A DNA stretch of 64,000 nt from Candidatus Segetimicrobium genomatis (GTDB taxonomy: Bacteria; Sysuimicrobiota; Sysuimicrobiia; Sysuimicrobiales; Kaftiobacteriaceae), in NCBI GenBank assembly GCA_005882295.1, contig VBAI01000011.1:1592-65591 (forward strand), given 5' to 3'. Made by a program: the position numbers and the translations under genes. The notes under the pieces were generated by a model, which had not been told where the DNA came from, did not search any database, and saw nothing but the letters and a program-made list of their open reading frames with translations. Positions within the stretch are counted from its first letter, which is position 1. Each line of letters begins with the position of its first letter. Shown in pieces: positions 18,685 through 28,449 of this stretch.

Positions 18685-19873
18685 ATGGTTTGACACCTAG
18701 TACACGATGCACCTCAGCACGGAGCGACGCCAGCGCGTCATGTACCTGCTCGGGAGGGACGGCGCCCTGGGCGAAGGCCGGGCGTCCTCCGCCCCGGCCG
18801 CCCAGCGGCTCAAGGGCGCGGCGTAGTAGGGCGGCGGCATCCAGATCCAGGTCCGATGATCTGGCGACTATCACGCGCCCGTCGGAGGTGGCGAGTGCGG
18901 CGATGGTGGAGCCGGCAGCCGCGAGCCGGCCCGCCAGCGCCGACGTCATCTCCGCCGACCACCCGGGCAGCACCTCGGTCACAATCCTGGGCGTGCCCGG
19001 AAGGTTTTCGAGCCGGCGCTGCGCTTCGAGTTCCACCAGCTGATCGCGCAGGCCGGCCAGCGTGCGGTCGCGTTCGCGGAGTTGCCCCATGAGCCGCTCC
19101 ACCGCCTCGGCGACCTCTTGATCCTTCACGCTGAGCTTCACCGCGAGATCGCGTACCAGCGCGTTCTTCCACCGGGAGTCGCGGAGGGCGCGCCATCCGC
19201 ACAAGAACTCCACGCGCATCCCTCCCTTGAAGCGCTCCCACCGCCGGAGCCGCACCGCCCCGATCTCGCCCGTGCGACGCACGTGGGTCCCACCGCACGC
19301 TGAACGGTCAAACTCCTCGACGTCGACCACCCGGATGCGGCCTCGCTTCTTGGCCGGGCGGCGCAGCCCCAGGCTCGAAAGCTCCGCCTCGTCGACCTCG
19401 TAGACCAGCACCGGCCGGTCCTCGAAGACAATGCGGTTGGCGAGATCCTCCACCTGCGCCGCGGCCGCGGCGGAGAGGTCGGCGAGATCCAGATCCAGCG
19501 TGCAGAGTTCGGCCCCCAGGTGCACGGCACGCGTTTGCGCCTGCATCGCCTGGAGAAACGCCTGCGAGAGTATATGCTGACCGGTGTGTTGCTGCATGTG
19601 GTCGAATCGCCTCGGCCAGTCGATCGCGCCGGCCACGGCGCCTGTGAGCGGTGCGGAGACCAAGTGGAGCACGCGGTCCTCACCGTCTTCGATCACGTCC
19701 GTCACCGGTACCCCACTCAACGTACCGGTATCGTGCGGCTGGCCGCCGGACGTCGGATAGAAGGCGGTGCGGTCGAGGATCACCGCCAGCCGGTCGCCAT
19801 GGGGCTCCGACGCGAGCACGGTCGCCTCGAACTGCGTGAGGTAGCTATCAGCGTAGTACAGCCGCTCTGTCAC
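18683..19873 (-). CDS. alaX: Alanyl-tRNA editing protein AlaX-L (AlaRS editing-domain homolog)
   Basis: HTGQHIL and CGGTHV zinc-binding motifs. 396 aa. Confidence 0.8.
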   Translation of the reverse strand: MTERLYYADSYLTQFEATVLASEPHGDRLAVILDRTAFYPTSGGQPHDTGTLSGVPVTDVIEDGEDRVLHLVSAPLTGAVAGAIDWPRRFDHMQQHTGQHILSQAFLQAMQAQTRAVHLGAELCTLDLDLADLSAAAAAQVEDLANRIVFEDRPVLVYEVDEAELSSLGLRRPAKKRGRIRVVDVEEFDRSACGGTHVRRTGEIGAVRLRRWERFKGGMRVEFLCGWRALRDSRWKNALVRDLAVKLSVKDQEVAEAVERLMGQLRERDRTLAGLRDQLVELEAQRRLENLPGTPRIVTEVLPGWSAEMTSALAGRLAAAGSTIAALATSDGRVIVARSSDLDLDAAALLRRALEPLGGRGGGRPAFAQGAVPPEQVHDALASLRAEVHRVLGVKP

Positions 19874-20388
19874 GGGTCGCCCGAGAGAAAGGGAATCAAG
19901 GCGGCGGCAACAGCCTGCTCAAGCGCAGCCTGACGATCGAGGAGTCCGCGGGTCAGCAAACCGATGGCTCCGAATTCCTCGTGGGCGTTCCCGTGACCCA
20001 GGTGTGCGTCGACGATCGCCCCGAGTTCCTCTCCCCGCAGCGTCCGCGACGCGATCCACTCGGGCAGCTGAAAACGCACCCCGCAGCTGAGCCCTTCCCG
20101 CCCGTGGCGGTCGACGACCGCCACCCAGGCGCACATCCACACGCCCCGCAAGTCTCGATGCACACCGCCCTCGATCCCAATCCCCAGATCGGCATCGGCG
20201 AGACGCCGCGCTTCCCGCGCGCGGTGCAACGCCCCGCGGATGGTTTCCTCGTCGCTGGTCGGCTGCGCCGGGACACCCGAGGCCACCGGCACGGGGACCA
20301 CCGTGGCGTTGGGGAACGCGCGGGCGCACACGGACTCGGTGGCGCGGATCTTCGACTCGCTGGTTGTCGATCCGATGGCAATCTTCAT
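19870..20388 (-). CDS. Non-canonical purine NTP phosphatase (inosine/xanthosine triphosphatase, YjjX/DUF84 family)
   Basis: ESGVPAQP...SDEET and IGIEGG motifs parallel E. coli YjjX. 172 aa. Confidence 0.8.
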   Translation of the reverse strand: MKIAIGSTTSESKIRATESVCARAFPNATVVPVPVASGVPAQPTSDEETIRGALHRAREARRLADADLGIGIEGGVHRDLRGVWMCAWVAVVDRHGREGLSCGVRFQLPEWIASRTLRGEELGAIVDAHLGHGNAHEEFGAIGLLTRGLLDRQAALEQAVAAALIPFLSGDP

Positions 20389-20397
20389 ACACGAAAC

Positions 20398-20476
20398 TAC
20401 GGGACTAGGGACTTGGGACTAGACTAGTCAACCACCAAGAGAGTCGTACTGTCCAGTCCCTGGTCCCCAGTCCCGC
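20398..20476. repeat. Hairpin element family A (GGGACTAGGGACTTGGGACTAG ... CAGTCCCTGGTCCCCAGTCCC)
   Basis: Sits in the divergent gap between yjjX-like and lgt. Other copies at 22990-23085, 35024-35105, 52337-52468, 60309-60386 and, partially, 10115-10172. Confidence 0.8.
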
Positions 20477-20525
20477 CCCTTGAGTTTGTCGACAACCTTC
20501 CGACCAGGATGGTATACTGCCCGCC

Positions 20526-21269
20526 GTGCATCCCGTGGTGCTTGAATGGGGTCCGCTGGTGATCCGCTGGTACGGGGTGATGATGGCGATTACCGTCCTC
20601 ACCGGCGTGGCGATGGCTCTGCGGGTGGGCCCCAGACTGGGCATACCGGCGCAGGAAATCGACCGTCTGACCCTGCCGTTTGTGCTGCTGGCGTTTGTCG
20701 GGGCGCGGCTCGGCTACGTGGTCTCCCACCCCGCCGAGTTCACCTCACCGGTGGAGATCCTTCGCGTCTACCACGGCGGGCTGACGTCTCACGGGGCCAT
20801 TGCCGGCGGCTTTGCGGCGCTGTGGTGGGCGTCGCGGCGCCGCGGGCTCCCGTTGTGGACCCTGGCCGACACCACCATTTGGGCTGTGCCGCTCGGCAAC
20901 ATCTTCGTGCGTTTCGGCAACTTCATGAACGGGGAACTCTACGGCGACGTGACGGCGCTGCCGTGGGGCGTGACCTTTCCCGGAGTCCCCGGCCCGCGCC
21001 ACCCGCTGCAGATCTACGAGATGGTCTTCGCGACCGCCATCCTCGCGCTCACGCTGCCGCTGGTGCGCAGGCGTCAGTTCCCCGGCCAGATCTTCTGGAC
21101 GGTCGTCATTCTGACGTCAGTGGGGAGGATCGTCCTGGACCTGCTTCGCAGCGAGGACCGCGTCTTCGGGGTGATGACGCTGGGACAGATTCCGGCGGCG
21201 ATTTTGATTGTGATCGGCGCGTGGTTTCTGGCACGTCATTCACCGCGCGCCAAGCGACTCGATGCCTAA
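20526..21269 (+). CDS. lgt: Prolipoprotein diacylglyceryl transferase
   Basis: VRFGNFMNGELYG signature and HP(L)QIYE motif. 247 aa polytopic protein. Confidence 0.9.
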   Translation: MHPVVLEWGPLVIRWYGVMMAITVLTGVAMALRVGPRLGIPAQEIDRLTLPFVLLAFVGARLGYVVSHPAEFTSPVEILRVYHGGLTSHGAIAGGFAALWWASRRRGLPLWTLADTTIWAVPLGNIFVRFGNFMNGELYGDVTALPWGVTFPGVPGPRHPLQIYEMVFATAILALTLPLVRRRQFPGQIFWTVVILTSVGRIVLDLLRSEDRVFGVMTLGQIPAAILIVIGAWFLARHSPRAKRLDA

Positions 21270-21275
21270 ACTATT

Positions 21276-21352
21276 CTGTCATTGCGAGCCCGCAGGGCGA
21301 AGCAATCTCCTCCAACGGGAGATCGCCACGGGGCTTCGCCCCTCGCGATGAC
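21276..21352. repeat. Hairpin element family I (GTCATTGCGAGC...GAAGCAATCTCC..GGAGATCGC...GCGATGAC)
   Basis: gtcattgcgagcccgcagggcgaagcaatctcctccaacgggagatcgccacggggcttcgcccctcgcgatgac. Relatives at 26083-26285 and 33119-33191. Confidence 0.8.
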
Positions 21353-21384
21353 TGCATACTCTCTTGCTCCCGCGTTCCCGTCCG

Positions 21385-21669
21385 CTATCCATTCCGATAC
21401 TGCACTCCATATCCTCCGCGGGGCAGGCGCCAGTCGATGTTGTGGTACGGGCAGCCTGTGAGGCACGACGTGCACTCCACGCAGTTCTCGTAGGACGCCG
21501 TCGTCTTCTCCCCGTCCCAGCTGTACACGTTCGCGGGGCAAAACGTGGTGCAGGGCCGGCCCCACTGGTCTCCACATTTTGTCAGGCAGATGTTGTTATC
21601 ACGAATAGTGATATGGCTCTGTTTGTCGTGCTTGTACGTGAGCAGGAAGAGCTTCTCTTCGAGCTTCAT
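21385..21669 (-). CDS. fixX: Ferredoxin-like protein FixX
   Basis: 94 aa with the FixX cysteine pattern (CLTKCGDQ..., CVECTSCLTGCP). Its ATG overlaps the fixC TGA (ATGA). Confidence 0.8.
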   Translation of the reverse strand: MKLEEKLFLLTYKHDKQSHITIRDNNICLTKCGDQWGRPCTTFCPANVYSWDGEKTTASYENCVECTSCLTGCPYHNIDWRLPRGGYGVQYRNG

Positions 21670-22970
21670 CGCATCACCTTCCACGCCCGATACGCATCCC
21701 CGATCAACCGCCACAGCGGGCGCCGTCTGGTAATGGCTTTCCAGATCTTGCGCTGCTTGTCCCGCTTGGGCATCCCGTCCACCGTCAGCATCTCGTGCAC
21801 CGCGAGATTGACCAGCCCCGGATAAATCCGCAGCAGCTCCGGGTGCCGGTCCACAAACTCGGGCAGATGCTGGTACTTCCTCAGATCCTTGAGCACGAAG
21901 CTCTCCTCCAGCCGGCGCCGGTAGGATGCCAGTGACGCGGTGGACACGTCGCCGCGGCGATTCGCCTCGATCACCGTCTCCCCGGCCAGCCGGCCGGCTG
22001 TCATCGCCAGGTTGCTGCCCTCACGGTGCAGCCCGTTCACCATCATCGCCGCGTCGCCGGCGACCAGCACACCGTCTCCATACAGCCGGGGCATGGCGCG
22101 ATAGCCGCCCTCGGGGATGGCATGAGCCAGGTACTCCGCGACCTGGCCCCCGGCGAGCAGCGGCCGGACCAACGGGTGCTGCTTCACCCGCTCCAGCAAA
22201 CCATTGGGGGTCACTTTGGTCCGCATGAAGTGCGACATCAGCGCGCCCACGCCGACGGAGAGGCTGTCGCGGTTGGTGTAGATGAACGCGTAGCCTCCCA
22301 TCTCCTGCGTGACCGCGCCGTAGAGCTCGATCGTGACGCCCTCGCCCTCGCCGACGTTAAATCGTTCCTGGATCACCTCTGGAGGCAGGGTAATGATTTC
22401 TTTGACTGCCAGCGCCACCTCGTGAGGGGCGATTTCGCGGGTCTGCAGGCCGGCCTTCTTCGCGAGAAACGAATGTACGCCGTCGCACAGGACGACGGCG
22501 TCGGCATAGAGGTCGCCGTCGGGCCGGCCCGTGCGCACCCCGGCCACTTTGCCGTCCCGCACGATGAGGTCCTCGACCACGGTGGCCGGGATCAGGAACG
22601 CGCCCGCCTCCTCGGCCTTGGATGCGAACCAGCGGTCGAATTTCGCGCGCAGCACGGTGAACGCGTTCGGAATATCGCCGTGGGCGGCCGCAGTCTTGTG
22701 CCCAAGGGTCACCGCGGAGTCATCAGTCGTGATCCACAAGCGCTCTTCGACAATGACACGCTCAATGGGCGCCTCGGCGGCAAACGTGGGGATGAGATCG
22801 GCGAGCATTCGGCCGTACATCACCCCGCCCATGACGTTCTTGGCCCCGGGGTATTCCCCGCGCTCGATCAGCACCACGCTGAGCCCGGCTTTGGCCATCG
22901 TGTAGGCGGCGGCGCTGCCAGCCGGCCCAGCCCCAACGACGATGGCGTCGAACTTTTCCCCGGTGGACAA
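21666..22970 (-). CDS. fixC: Electron-transfer flavoprotein:quinone oxidoreductase FixC
   Basis: N-terminal FAD fold FDAIVVGAGPAGSAAA. 434 aa. Followed by fixX. Confidence 0.85.
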   Translation of the reverse strand: MSTGEKFDAIVVGAGPAGSAAAYTMAKAGLSVVLIERGEYPGAKNVMGGVMYGRMLADLIPTFAAEAPIERVIVEERLWITTDDSAVTLGHKTAAAHGDIPNAFTVLRAKFDRWFASKAEEAGAFLIPATVVEDLIVRDGKVAGVRTGRPDGDLYADAVVLCDGVHSFLAKKAGLQTREIAPHEVALAVKEIITLPPEVIQERFNVGEGEGVTIELYGAVTQEMGGYAFIYTNRDSLSVGVGALMSHFMRTKVTPNGLLERVKQHPLVRPLLAGGQVAEYLAHAIPEGGYRAMPRLYGDGVLVAGDAAMMVNGLHREGSNLAMTAGRLAGETVIEANRRGDVSTASLASYRRRLEESFVLKDLRKYQHLPEFVDRHPELLRIYPGLVNLAVHEMLTVDGMPKRDKQRKIWKAITRRRPLWRLIGDAYRAWKVMR

Positions 22971-22989
22971 GAGGTCACCTCAAAAACAA

Positions 22990-23085
22990 CTGCGGGACTG
23001 GGGACCAGGGACTAGGGACTGGAAAGAGCACCGACTGCTGTGGGTGGTTACCAGTCCCCAGTCCCAAGTCCCTAGTCCCGCAGTT
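22990..23085. repeat. Hairpin element family A
   Basis: aactgcgggactggggaccagggactagggactgg ... ccagtccccagtcccaagtccctagtcccgcagtt. Confidence 0.85.
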
Positions 23086-23089
23086 TCAT

Positions 23090-24523
23090 TTATCGCATTG
23101 CCTGCCCCACCTGCTGCACGAACGAGATCACCCGCCCCGGAAAGATCCCCAACACCACCACGCCGGCAGAGGCCGTCACTAAGGCCGCCGTCACCCAGCG
23201 GCCGCCGGCGAATCCCACGTCCTCGTGAGGCTGCCCGGTGAACATCGTGTAGGCCACCCGCAGGTAGTAATAGGCGGATACGACGCTGGTCAACACGCCG
23301 GTCACCACCACGCCAATCTGCCCGGCATCGAGCGCCGCGGTGAACACGTAGAACTTCGCCAGGAACCCTGCTGTGGGAGGCAGCCCGGCCAGGGACACCA
23401 TGAACAGCGCCATGGCCCCGCCCAGCGCCGGCGCGCGCCACGCCACGCCGGTCAGGTCGGCGATCTGATCCGCCTCTTCGCCGCGCCGGTGCAGCATCAG
23501 CACGACGGCAAACGCGCCGAGCGTCATGAACGTGTAGGCCAGCAGATAGAAGGCGACCGCGGACGCGCCCGACGGAGTGCCGGCGACGACACCGGTCAGG
23601 ATGAAACCGGCGTGCGCGATGCTGGAGTAGGCCAGCAGCCGCTTGATGCTCGTCTGCCGCAGCGCCGCGACGTTCCCCACGATCATGGTCAGGACGCTGA
23701 TTGCGGCCAGGAGCGTGCTCCACTCCCCAGCCTGCGCCGCCAGGGCCACCACGTAGACCCGCAGGAACGCCGCGAACGCCCCCACCTTCGCGATGACCGA
23801 CATGTAGGCGGTTGCGGGCAGCGGCGCGCCCTCGTACACGTCCGGCGCCCAGAAGTGGAAGGGGACCACAGCGGCTTTGAAGGCCAGGCCAATCGTGAGC
23901 AGCGCGAGCCCGGCCTGAAAGATGACCGCCGGCGTGCGCGCGTGCTCCGCGAGCGCGCGATACCCCGTCGATCCAGTGGCGCCAAACAGCAGCGCAATCC
24001 CGTACAGGAAGAACGCGGTCCCGAAGGCACCCAGGAGGAAATACTTCAGACCCGCCTCCTGCGAGCGCAGATCGGTGCGGGCAAACGCCGCGAGCACGTA
24101 GAGAGGGATCGACAGGGTTTCCAGACCCAGGAACAGCATGATCAGATCGCTGCTCGCCGCCATCAGCATCGCCCCAAGCGCGGCGACCAGCATCAGGGCA
24201 TAGTACTCACCGGCCTCCAGTCCCGTCCGCTCCACGTACTCTCCCGACAGCCACTGCGCGAGGAGCACCGCCAGCAAGGCGGTCGCCTGTATCACCCGAG
24301 TCAGCGCGTCGCGCACATACATGCCGGCAAACGCTGGCGTTGGATCGGCGCCCGCCGTCAGCGTTGTCCCCAACGCCGCCAGGGTACCCACCGCGGCCAG
24401 CCATCGCAGCAGATGCTGACGACCGGCCGGTAGAAATAGTCCGGCGAGCATGACCGCCACAGCCGTCGCGGTCACAACTAGCTCGGGGACCAGCAGGCGC
24501 AGGTCGACCGCAGGTGGCGTCAT
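23090..24523 (-). CDS. nuoN: NADH-quinone oxidoreductase subunit N
   Basis: Polytopic antiporter-like subunit. Start MTPPAVDL at 24523 overlaps the nuoM stop (ATGA). The ORF-track start at 24772 is rejected. Confidence 0.9.
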   Translation of the reverse strand: MTPPAVDLRLLVPELVVTATAVAVMLAGLFLPAGRQHLLRWLAAVGTLAALGTTLTAGADPTPAFAGMYVRDALTRVIQATALLAVLLAQWLSGEYVERTGLEAGEYYALMLVAALGAMLMAASSDLIMLFLGLETLSIPLYVLAAFARTDLRSQEAGLKYFLLGAFGTAFFLYGIALLFGATGSTGYRALAEHARTPAVIFQAGLALLTIGLAFKAAVVPFHFWAPDVYEGAPLPATAYMSVIAKVGAFAAFLRVYVVALAAQAGEWSTLLAAISVLTMIVGNVAALRQTSIKRLLAYSSIAHAGFILTGVVAGTPSGASAVAFYLLAYTFMTLGAFAVVLMLHRRGEEADQIADLTGVAWRAPALGGAMALFMVSLAGLPPTAGFLAKFYVFTAALDAGQIGVVVTGVLTSVVSAYYYLRVAYTMFTGQPHEDVGFAGGRWVTAALVTASAGVVVLGIFPGRVISFVQQVGQAMR

Positions 24524-26061
24524 CGATCGTGACTCGTGACTCGTGACTCGTGACTCGCTAGATGCGCAGCATTTCCGCGTTCCCGCACGTCTTGCACCAG
24601 TGCGCGCACCGAGGCTTCGCTCCGCCTCAGCAGCGGTGAGGGGTATACGCCAATCCAGAAGATCAACGCGATCAGGGGGATGAACAACCACTGCTCGCGG
24701 CGGGTGAGGTCGGTCATTCGTGCCCGTTCCTTCACCGCGACCGGTCCCTGCATCACGCGCTGATACATCCACAACAGGTACACGGCCGAGAGAATCACGC
24801 CGCTGGTGGCCAGGGCGGCATAGACCGGGTTCGCCCGAAACGTCCCCAATAAGATGAGGAACTCGCCGACAAACCCGTTGGTCCCCGGCAGCGCCAGCGA
24901 CGACAGCACCACGATGAGGGCCAGCGGCGCCAGGCGCGGCATCAGCGCCGCCACGCCGCCGTAGTCACCGAGCAGGCGGGAGTGGGTACGGTCGTAGAGG
25001 ACGCCGACGATCAAGAACAGCCCGCCGGTGCTGATGCCGTGGTTGACCATTTGGAGCAGGCTGCCCTGCATCGCCGGCACAGTCATGACAAACACGCCAA
25101 GCGTCACCAGCCCGAGGTGGCTGACGCTGCTCATCGCCACCAGCCGCTTGACGTCAGGCTGGGCCCACGACACGATTCCCCCGTAGATGATCCCGAGGAT
25201 GGCCAGCGCAGAGAGCAGCGGCGCGAACTGCAGCGTCGCCTGCGGGAACAGCGGGAGCAGGAAACGCAGGAACCCATACGTGCCCATCTTCAGGAGCACG
25301 GCCGCCAGCACCACGCTGCCGGCTGTCGGCGCCTCGACGTGAGCGTCGGGCAGCCACGTGTGCAGGGGCCAGACCGGCACCTTGATAGCAAACGCCAGCG
25401 CAAACGCGCCAAAGAGCCAGGCCTGCAGGGGCATCGCCACCCGCAGTTGCCTCAACTGGGCCAGATCAAACGTCCGCGCGCCCAGTGATGGGCCGCTGTG
25501 GAGATACAGCGTGATGATCGCCACCAGCATCAGCGCGCTGCCGGTCATCGTATAAAGGATGAACTTGACCGCCGCATACGAACGGCGCGGCCCGCCCCAC
25601 AGCCCGATGATGAAGTACATCGGGATGAGGACGGCCTCCCAGAAGACGTAGAACAGCACGAGATCAGCGGCCAGAAACGTGCCCAGCAGCGCCGTCTCCA
25701 GGACGAGCATGCTGAACACGAACTCCTTGATGCGCTCGGCGATCGAACCCCAGGCTGACAGCAGCGCGAGCGGCATGATGACCGCGGTCAGCATCACCAG
25801 CGGCAGGGAGATCCCGTCAACGCCGATGTGGTAGCTCACTCCGGCCGAGGGGATCCATGCCATCCGCTCCACAAACTGCAGCGCGGCCTGATCAGGATCG
25901 AAGCGGACGAACACAACGGCCGCCAGTGCGAGCGCCGCCAGCGATCCCGCCAGCCCAACACCGTAGAGGGCACCGGTCTTCTTGCGGTCGATCGCCGCGA
26001 CCACGATCGCCGCGGCGAGCGGCAGGAAGATCAGGATGGTCATCATCGGCAAACCCATCAT
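24520..26061 (-). CDS. nuoM: NADH-quinone oxidoreductase subunit M
   Basis: Antiporter-like subunit. Start uncertain: MMGLPMMTILIF at 26061 or 26046. The ORF-track start at 26175 lies in repeat I. The C-terminal tail SHESRVTSHDR is encoded by a TCGTGAC heptamer tandem at 24524-24552. Confidence 0.85.
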   Translation of the reverse strand: MMGLPMMTILIFLPLAAAIVVAAIDRKKTGALYGVGLAGSLAALALAAVVFVRFDPDQAALQFVERMAWIPSAGVSYHIGVDGISLPLVMLTAVIMPLALLSAWGSIAERIKEFVFSMLVLETALLGTFLAADLVLFYVFWEAVLIPMYFIIGLWGGPRRSYAAVKFILYTMTGSALMLVAIITLYLHSGPSLGARTFDLAQLRQLRVAMPLQAWLFGAFALAFAIKVPVWPLHTWLPDAHVEAPTAGSVVLAAVLLKMGTYGFLRFLLPLFPQATLQFAPLLSALAILGIIYGGIVSWAQPDVKRLVAMSSVSHLGLVTLGVFVMTVPAMQGSLLQMVNHGISTGGLFLIVGVLYDRTHSRLLGDYGGVAALMPRLAPLALIVVLSSLALPGTNGFVGEFLILLGTFRANPVYAALATSGVILSAVYLLWMYQRVMQGPVAVKERARMTDLTRREQWLFIPLIALIFWIGVYPSPLLRRSEASVRALVQDVRERGNAAHLASHESRVTSHDR

Positions 26062-26082
26062 GGGACGTAACCAGTCATCGCG

Positions 26083-26285
26083 AGCGCCGAAGGCGCGTGG
26101 CGATCCGCGAAGCGTTGCGAGCGCAGCATTGCCGGGGTCCCCGCAAATTCGCAGTCCAAATTTGCGGGGTGGCAAGCAATCTCATCTCGATAGGAGGTTG
26201 CCACGGCCCTGCGGGCCTCGCAACGACGCCTGCGGCGTCGCTTCGTCGCTTCGCTCCTCGCAATGACTGCGGTTCGCTCATCTAA
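26083..26285. repeat. Composite family I element with a nested palindrome
   Basis: tcatcgcgagcgccgaag ... ccccgcaaattcgcagtccaaatttgcgggg ... cgcttcgtcgcttcgctcctcgcaatgac. Lies between nuoM and nuoL inside the operon. Confidence 0.75.
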
Positions 26286-28140
26286 ACAGCCAGTAGCCGA
26301 GCATCAAAATCGTGCCGGCGAGAATGGCCGCCGCGTAGTTGCGCACGAAGCCGGTCTGCAGTCCCCGCACCGCCAGGCCTGCCCGGCCGACGAGCGCTCC
26401 CACGCCGTTCACCGCCCCGTCGATGCCGCGCGTCTCGACGACATCCGCAAGCAGGTGTGCCAGCCGTTTCGCCGGCGTTACGATCACGGCGTCGTACAGC
26501 GTTTCGATATACCACTGATGGCTGAGAAATCGCCCGAGCGCGCCCAGCGTCACCTCACGGCGGTCGCGGTAGAGTGCGAAACCGGCGAGGATGCCGGCCA
26601 GGCTGACGGCCACCGGCAGTGCCGTGATCACCCCCGCCGCGGGCATCGGCCTGTCCTTCAAGACTCCTATCGCGGAGTCGACGAAGAACGGCTCCAGGTA
26701 GCGGAGCAGCGGCTCGCCCGCGACCCGCGCACCCAGGAGCCCGCCGCCGAACGAGAGCGCGGCCAGGACCGCCATCGGCAGACCCATCACGGCGGGCGCC
26801 TCGTGGGGGTGCCCGGGATCCGCCGCGGGGCCGGCGAAGGTCAGCATCATCGCCCGCGTCACATACACGGCGGTGACAAACGCGGTCGCGAGACCCGCGA
26901 TCCACACCAGCATCGCGCCGCCGCGCTGCGCCCATTCGAAGGCTCCCTCGAGAATCAGGTCCTTACTGAAGAAACCCGCAAACGGCGGCACACCGGCCAG
27001 CGCCAGCCCGCCCACCGCGAACCCAGCCGCAGTCCAGCGCATCGGGCCGGCCAGCCCGCCGAGTCTGCGCATGTCGACGACCCCGCGCATGGCGTGCATC
27101 ACACTGCCCGCGGCCAGGAAGAGCAGCGCTTTGAAGAACGCATGCGTCGTGAGGTGGAACATGCCGGCGGGCATCATCACGACGCCCATGGCCAGGAACA
27201 TGTAGCCTAGCTGGCTGATGGTCGAATAGGCGAGGACCCGCTTGAGGTCCCATTCAACCAAGGCCACGGTGGCGGCGAAGAACGCCGTCACCGCACCGAC
27301 GGCCGCCACCACGGACAGGGTGTATCCGGCGTGGAGAAACAGGGGATGCAGCCGCGCGATCATGTACACGCCTGCGGTGACCATCGTCGCGGCGTGGATA
27401 AGGGCCGAGACCGGCGTAGGGCCTTCCATCGCGTCGGGCAACCAGACATACAGCGGCAGCTGCGCCGACTTTCCGGTGGCGCCGGCAAAGAGCAGCAGCG
27501 TGGCCGCGGTCAGCAGCCCAGGCGCCATTCCGCCTGAGGCGGCGGCCAGACGGTCAAACTGCAGATTTCCCGCGGTGGTGGCCAGCAGCAGGATGCCCAG
27601 GAGAAATCCGGCGTCCCCAATGCGGTTGACGATGAAGGCTTTGCGCCCGGAGCTGGCCGCGCGCTCGCGATCGAACCAGAACCCAATCAGCAGGTACGAA
27701 CACAGGCCGACCAGTTCCCAGCCCACAAAGAGCACCAGCAGATTACCGCCCAGCACCAGCAGCAGCATCGACGCCACGAACAGATTCAGGTAGGCGAAGT
27801 ACCGGGCGTACGCGGGATCATCGGCCATGTACCCGATGGAGTAGACGTGGATGAGAAACCCGACCCCGGTGACCACCAGGGCCATCAGCGCCGACAGGCG
27901 GTCCATGAACAGCCCGGCTGAGACCGTGAACTCACCGGCGCTGAGCCAGGTGAACAACGTCGCGGTCAGACCGCCGCCCGCCACGGCGGGATCGCCTGCT
28001 GCCATCACCGACGCGGCACACGCGGCGCCTACCGTCCCGCAGCCGATCGCGCCGACCACGCCGCGCGGCAGACGTCCGCCGGCCAGCCCGTTGATCAGCC
28101 AGCCGGCCAGCGGAAGAGCGACGATCACCTCGAGAACCAT
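26278..28140 (-). CDS. nuoL: NADH-quinone oxidoreductase subunit L
   Basis: 620 aa antiporter-like subunit with a long C-terminal amphipathic helix region. Confidence 0.9.
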   Translation of the reverse strand: MVLEVIVALPLAGWLINGLAGGRLPRGVVGAIGCGTVGAACAASVMAAGDPAVAGGGLTATLFTWLSAGEFTVSAGLFMDRLSALMALVVTGVGFLIHVYSIGYMADDPAYARYFAYLNLFVASMLLLVLGGNLLVLFVGWELVGLCSYLLIGFWFDRERAASSGRKAFIVNRIGDAGFLLGILLLATTAGNLQFDRLAAASGGMAPGLLTAATLLLFAGATGKSAQLPLYVWLPDAMEGPTPVSALIHAATMVTAGVYMIARLHPLFLHAGYTLSVVAAVGAVTAFFAATVALVEWDLKRVLAYSTISQLGYMFLAMGVVMMPAGMFHLTTHAFFKALLFLAAGSVMHAMRGVVDMRRLGGLAGPMRWTAAGFAVGGLALAGVPPFAGFFSKDLILEGAFEWAQRGGAMLVWIAGLATAFVTAVYVTRAMMLTFAGPAADPGHPHEAPAVMGLPMAVLAALSFGGGLLGARVAGEPLLRYLEPFFVDSAIGVLKDRPMPAAGVITALPVAVSLAGILAGFALYRDRREVTLGALGRFLSHQWYIETLYDAVIVTPAKRLAHLLADVVETRGIDGAVNGVGALVGRAGLAVRGLQTGFVRNYAAAILAGTILMLGYWLFR

Positions 28141-28143
28141 CGC

Positions 28144-28449
28144 TCAGCCTCGCAACAGATCCACGTCATCGATGTCGACCGTGTCCCGGGTGCGGAAGAT
28201 GGCGATGAGGATCGCCAGGCCCACCACGACCTCAACCGCGGCCACGACGACTACAAAAAATACCGCGAGTTGCCCCTCGATGGCCAGCCGCTGCCGGGCA
28301 AATGCGACGAACGTCAGGTTGACCGCATTCAACATCAACTCGATCGACATGAACACGACGAGCGCGTTCCGGCGCACCAGCACCCCGGTGGTGCCCAGCA
28401 CAAACAGCAGAGCGCTGAGCGCAAGGTAGGCCTCGAGCGGGACGCTCAT
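28144..28449 (-). CDS. nuoK: NADH-quinone oxidoreductase subunit K
   Basis: 102 aa starting [16 protein letters not shown], with ELMLNAVN motif. The ORF-track start at 28734 is rejected. Confidence 0.9.
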   Translation of the reverse strand: MSVPLEAYLALSALLFVLGTTGVLVRRNALVVFMSIELMLNAVNLTFVAFARQRLAIEGQLAVFFVVVVAAVEVVVGLAILIAIFRTRDTVDIDDVDLLRG

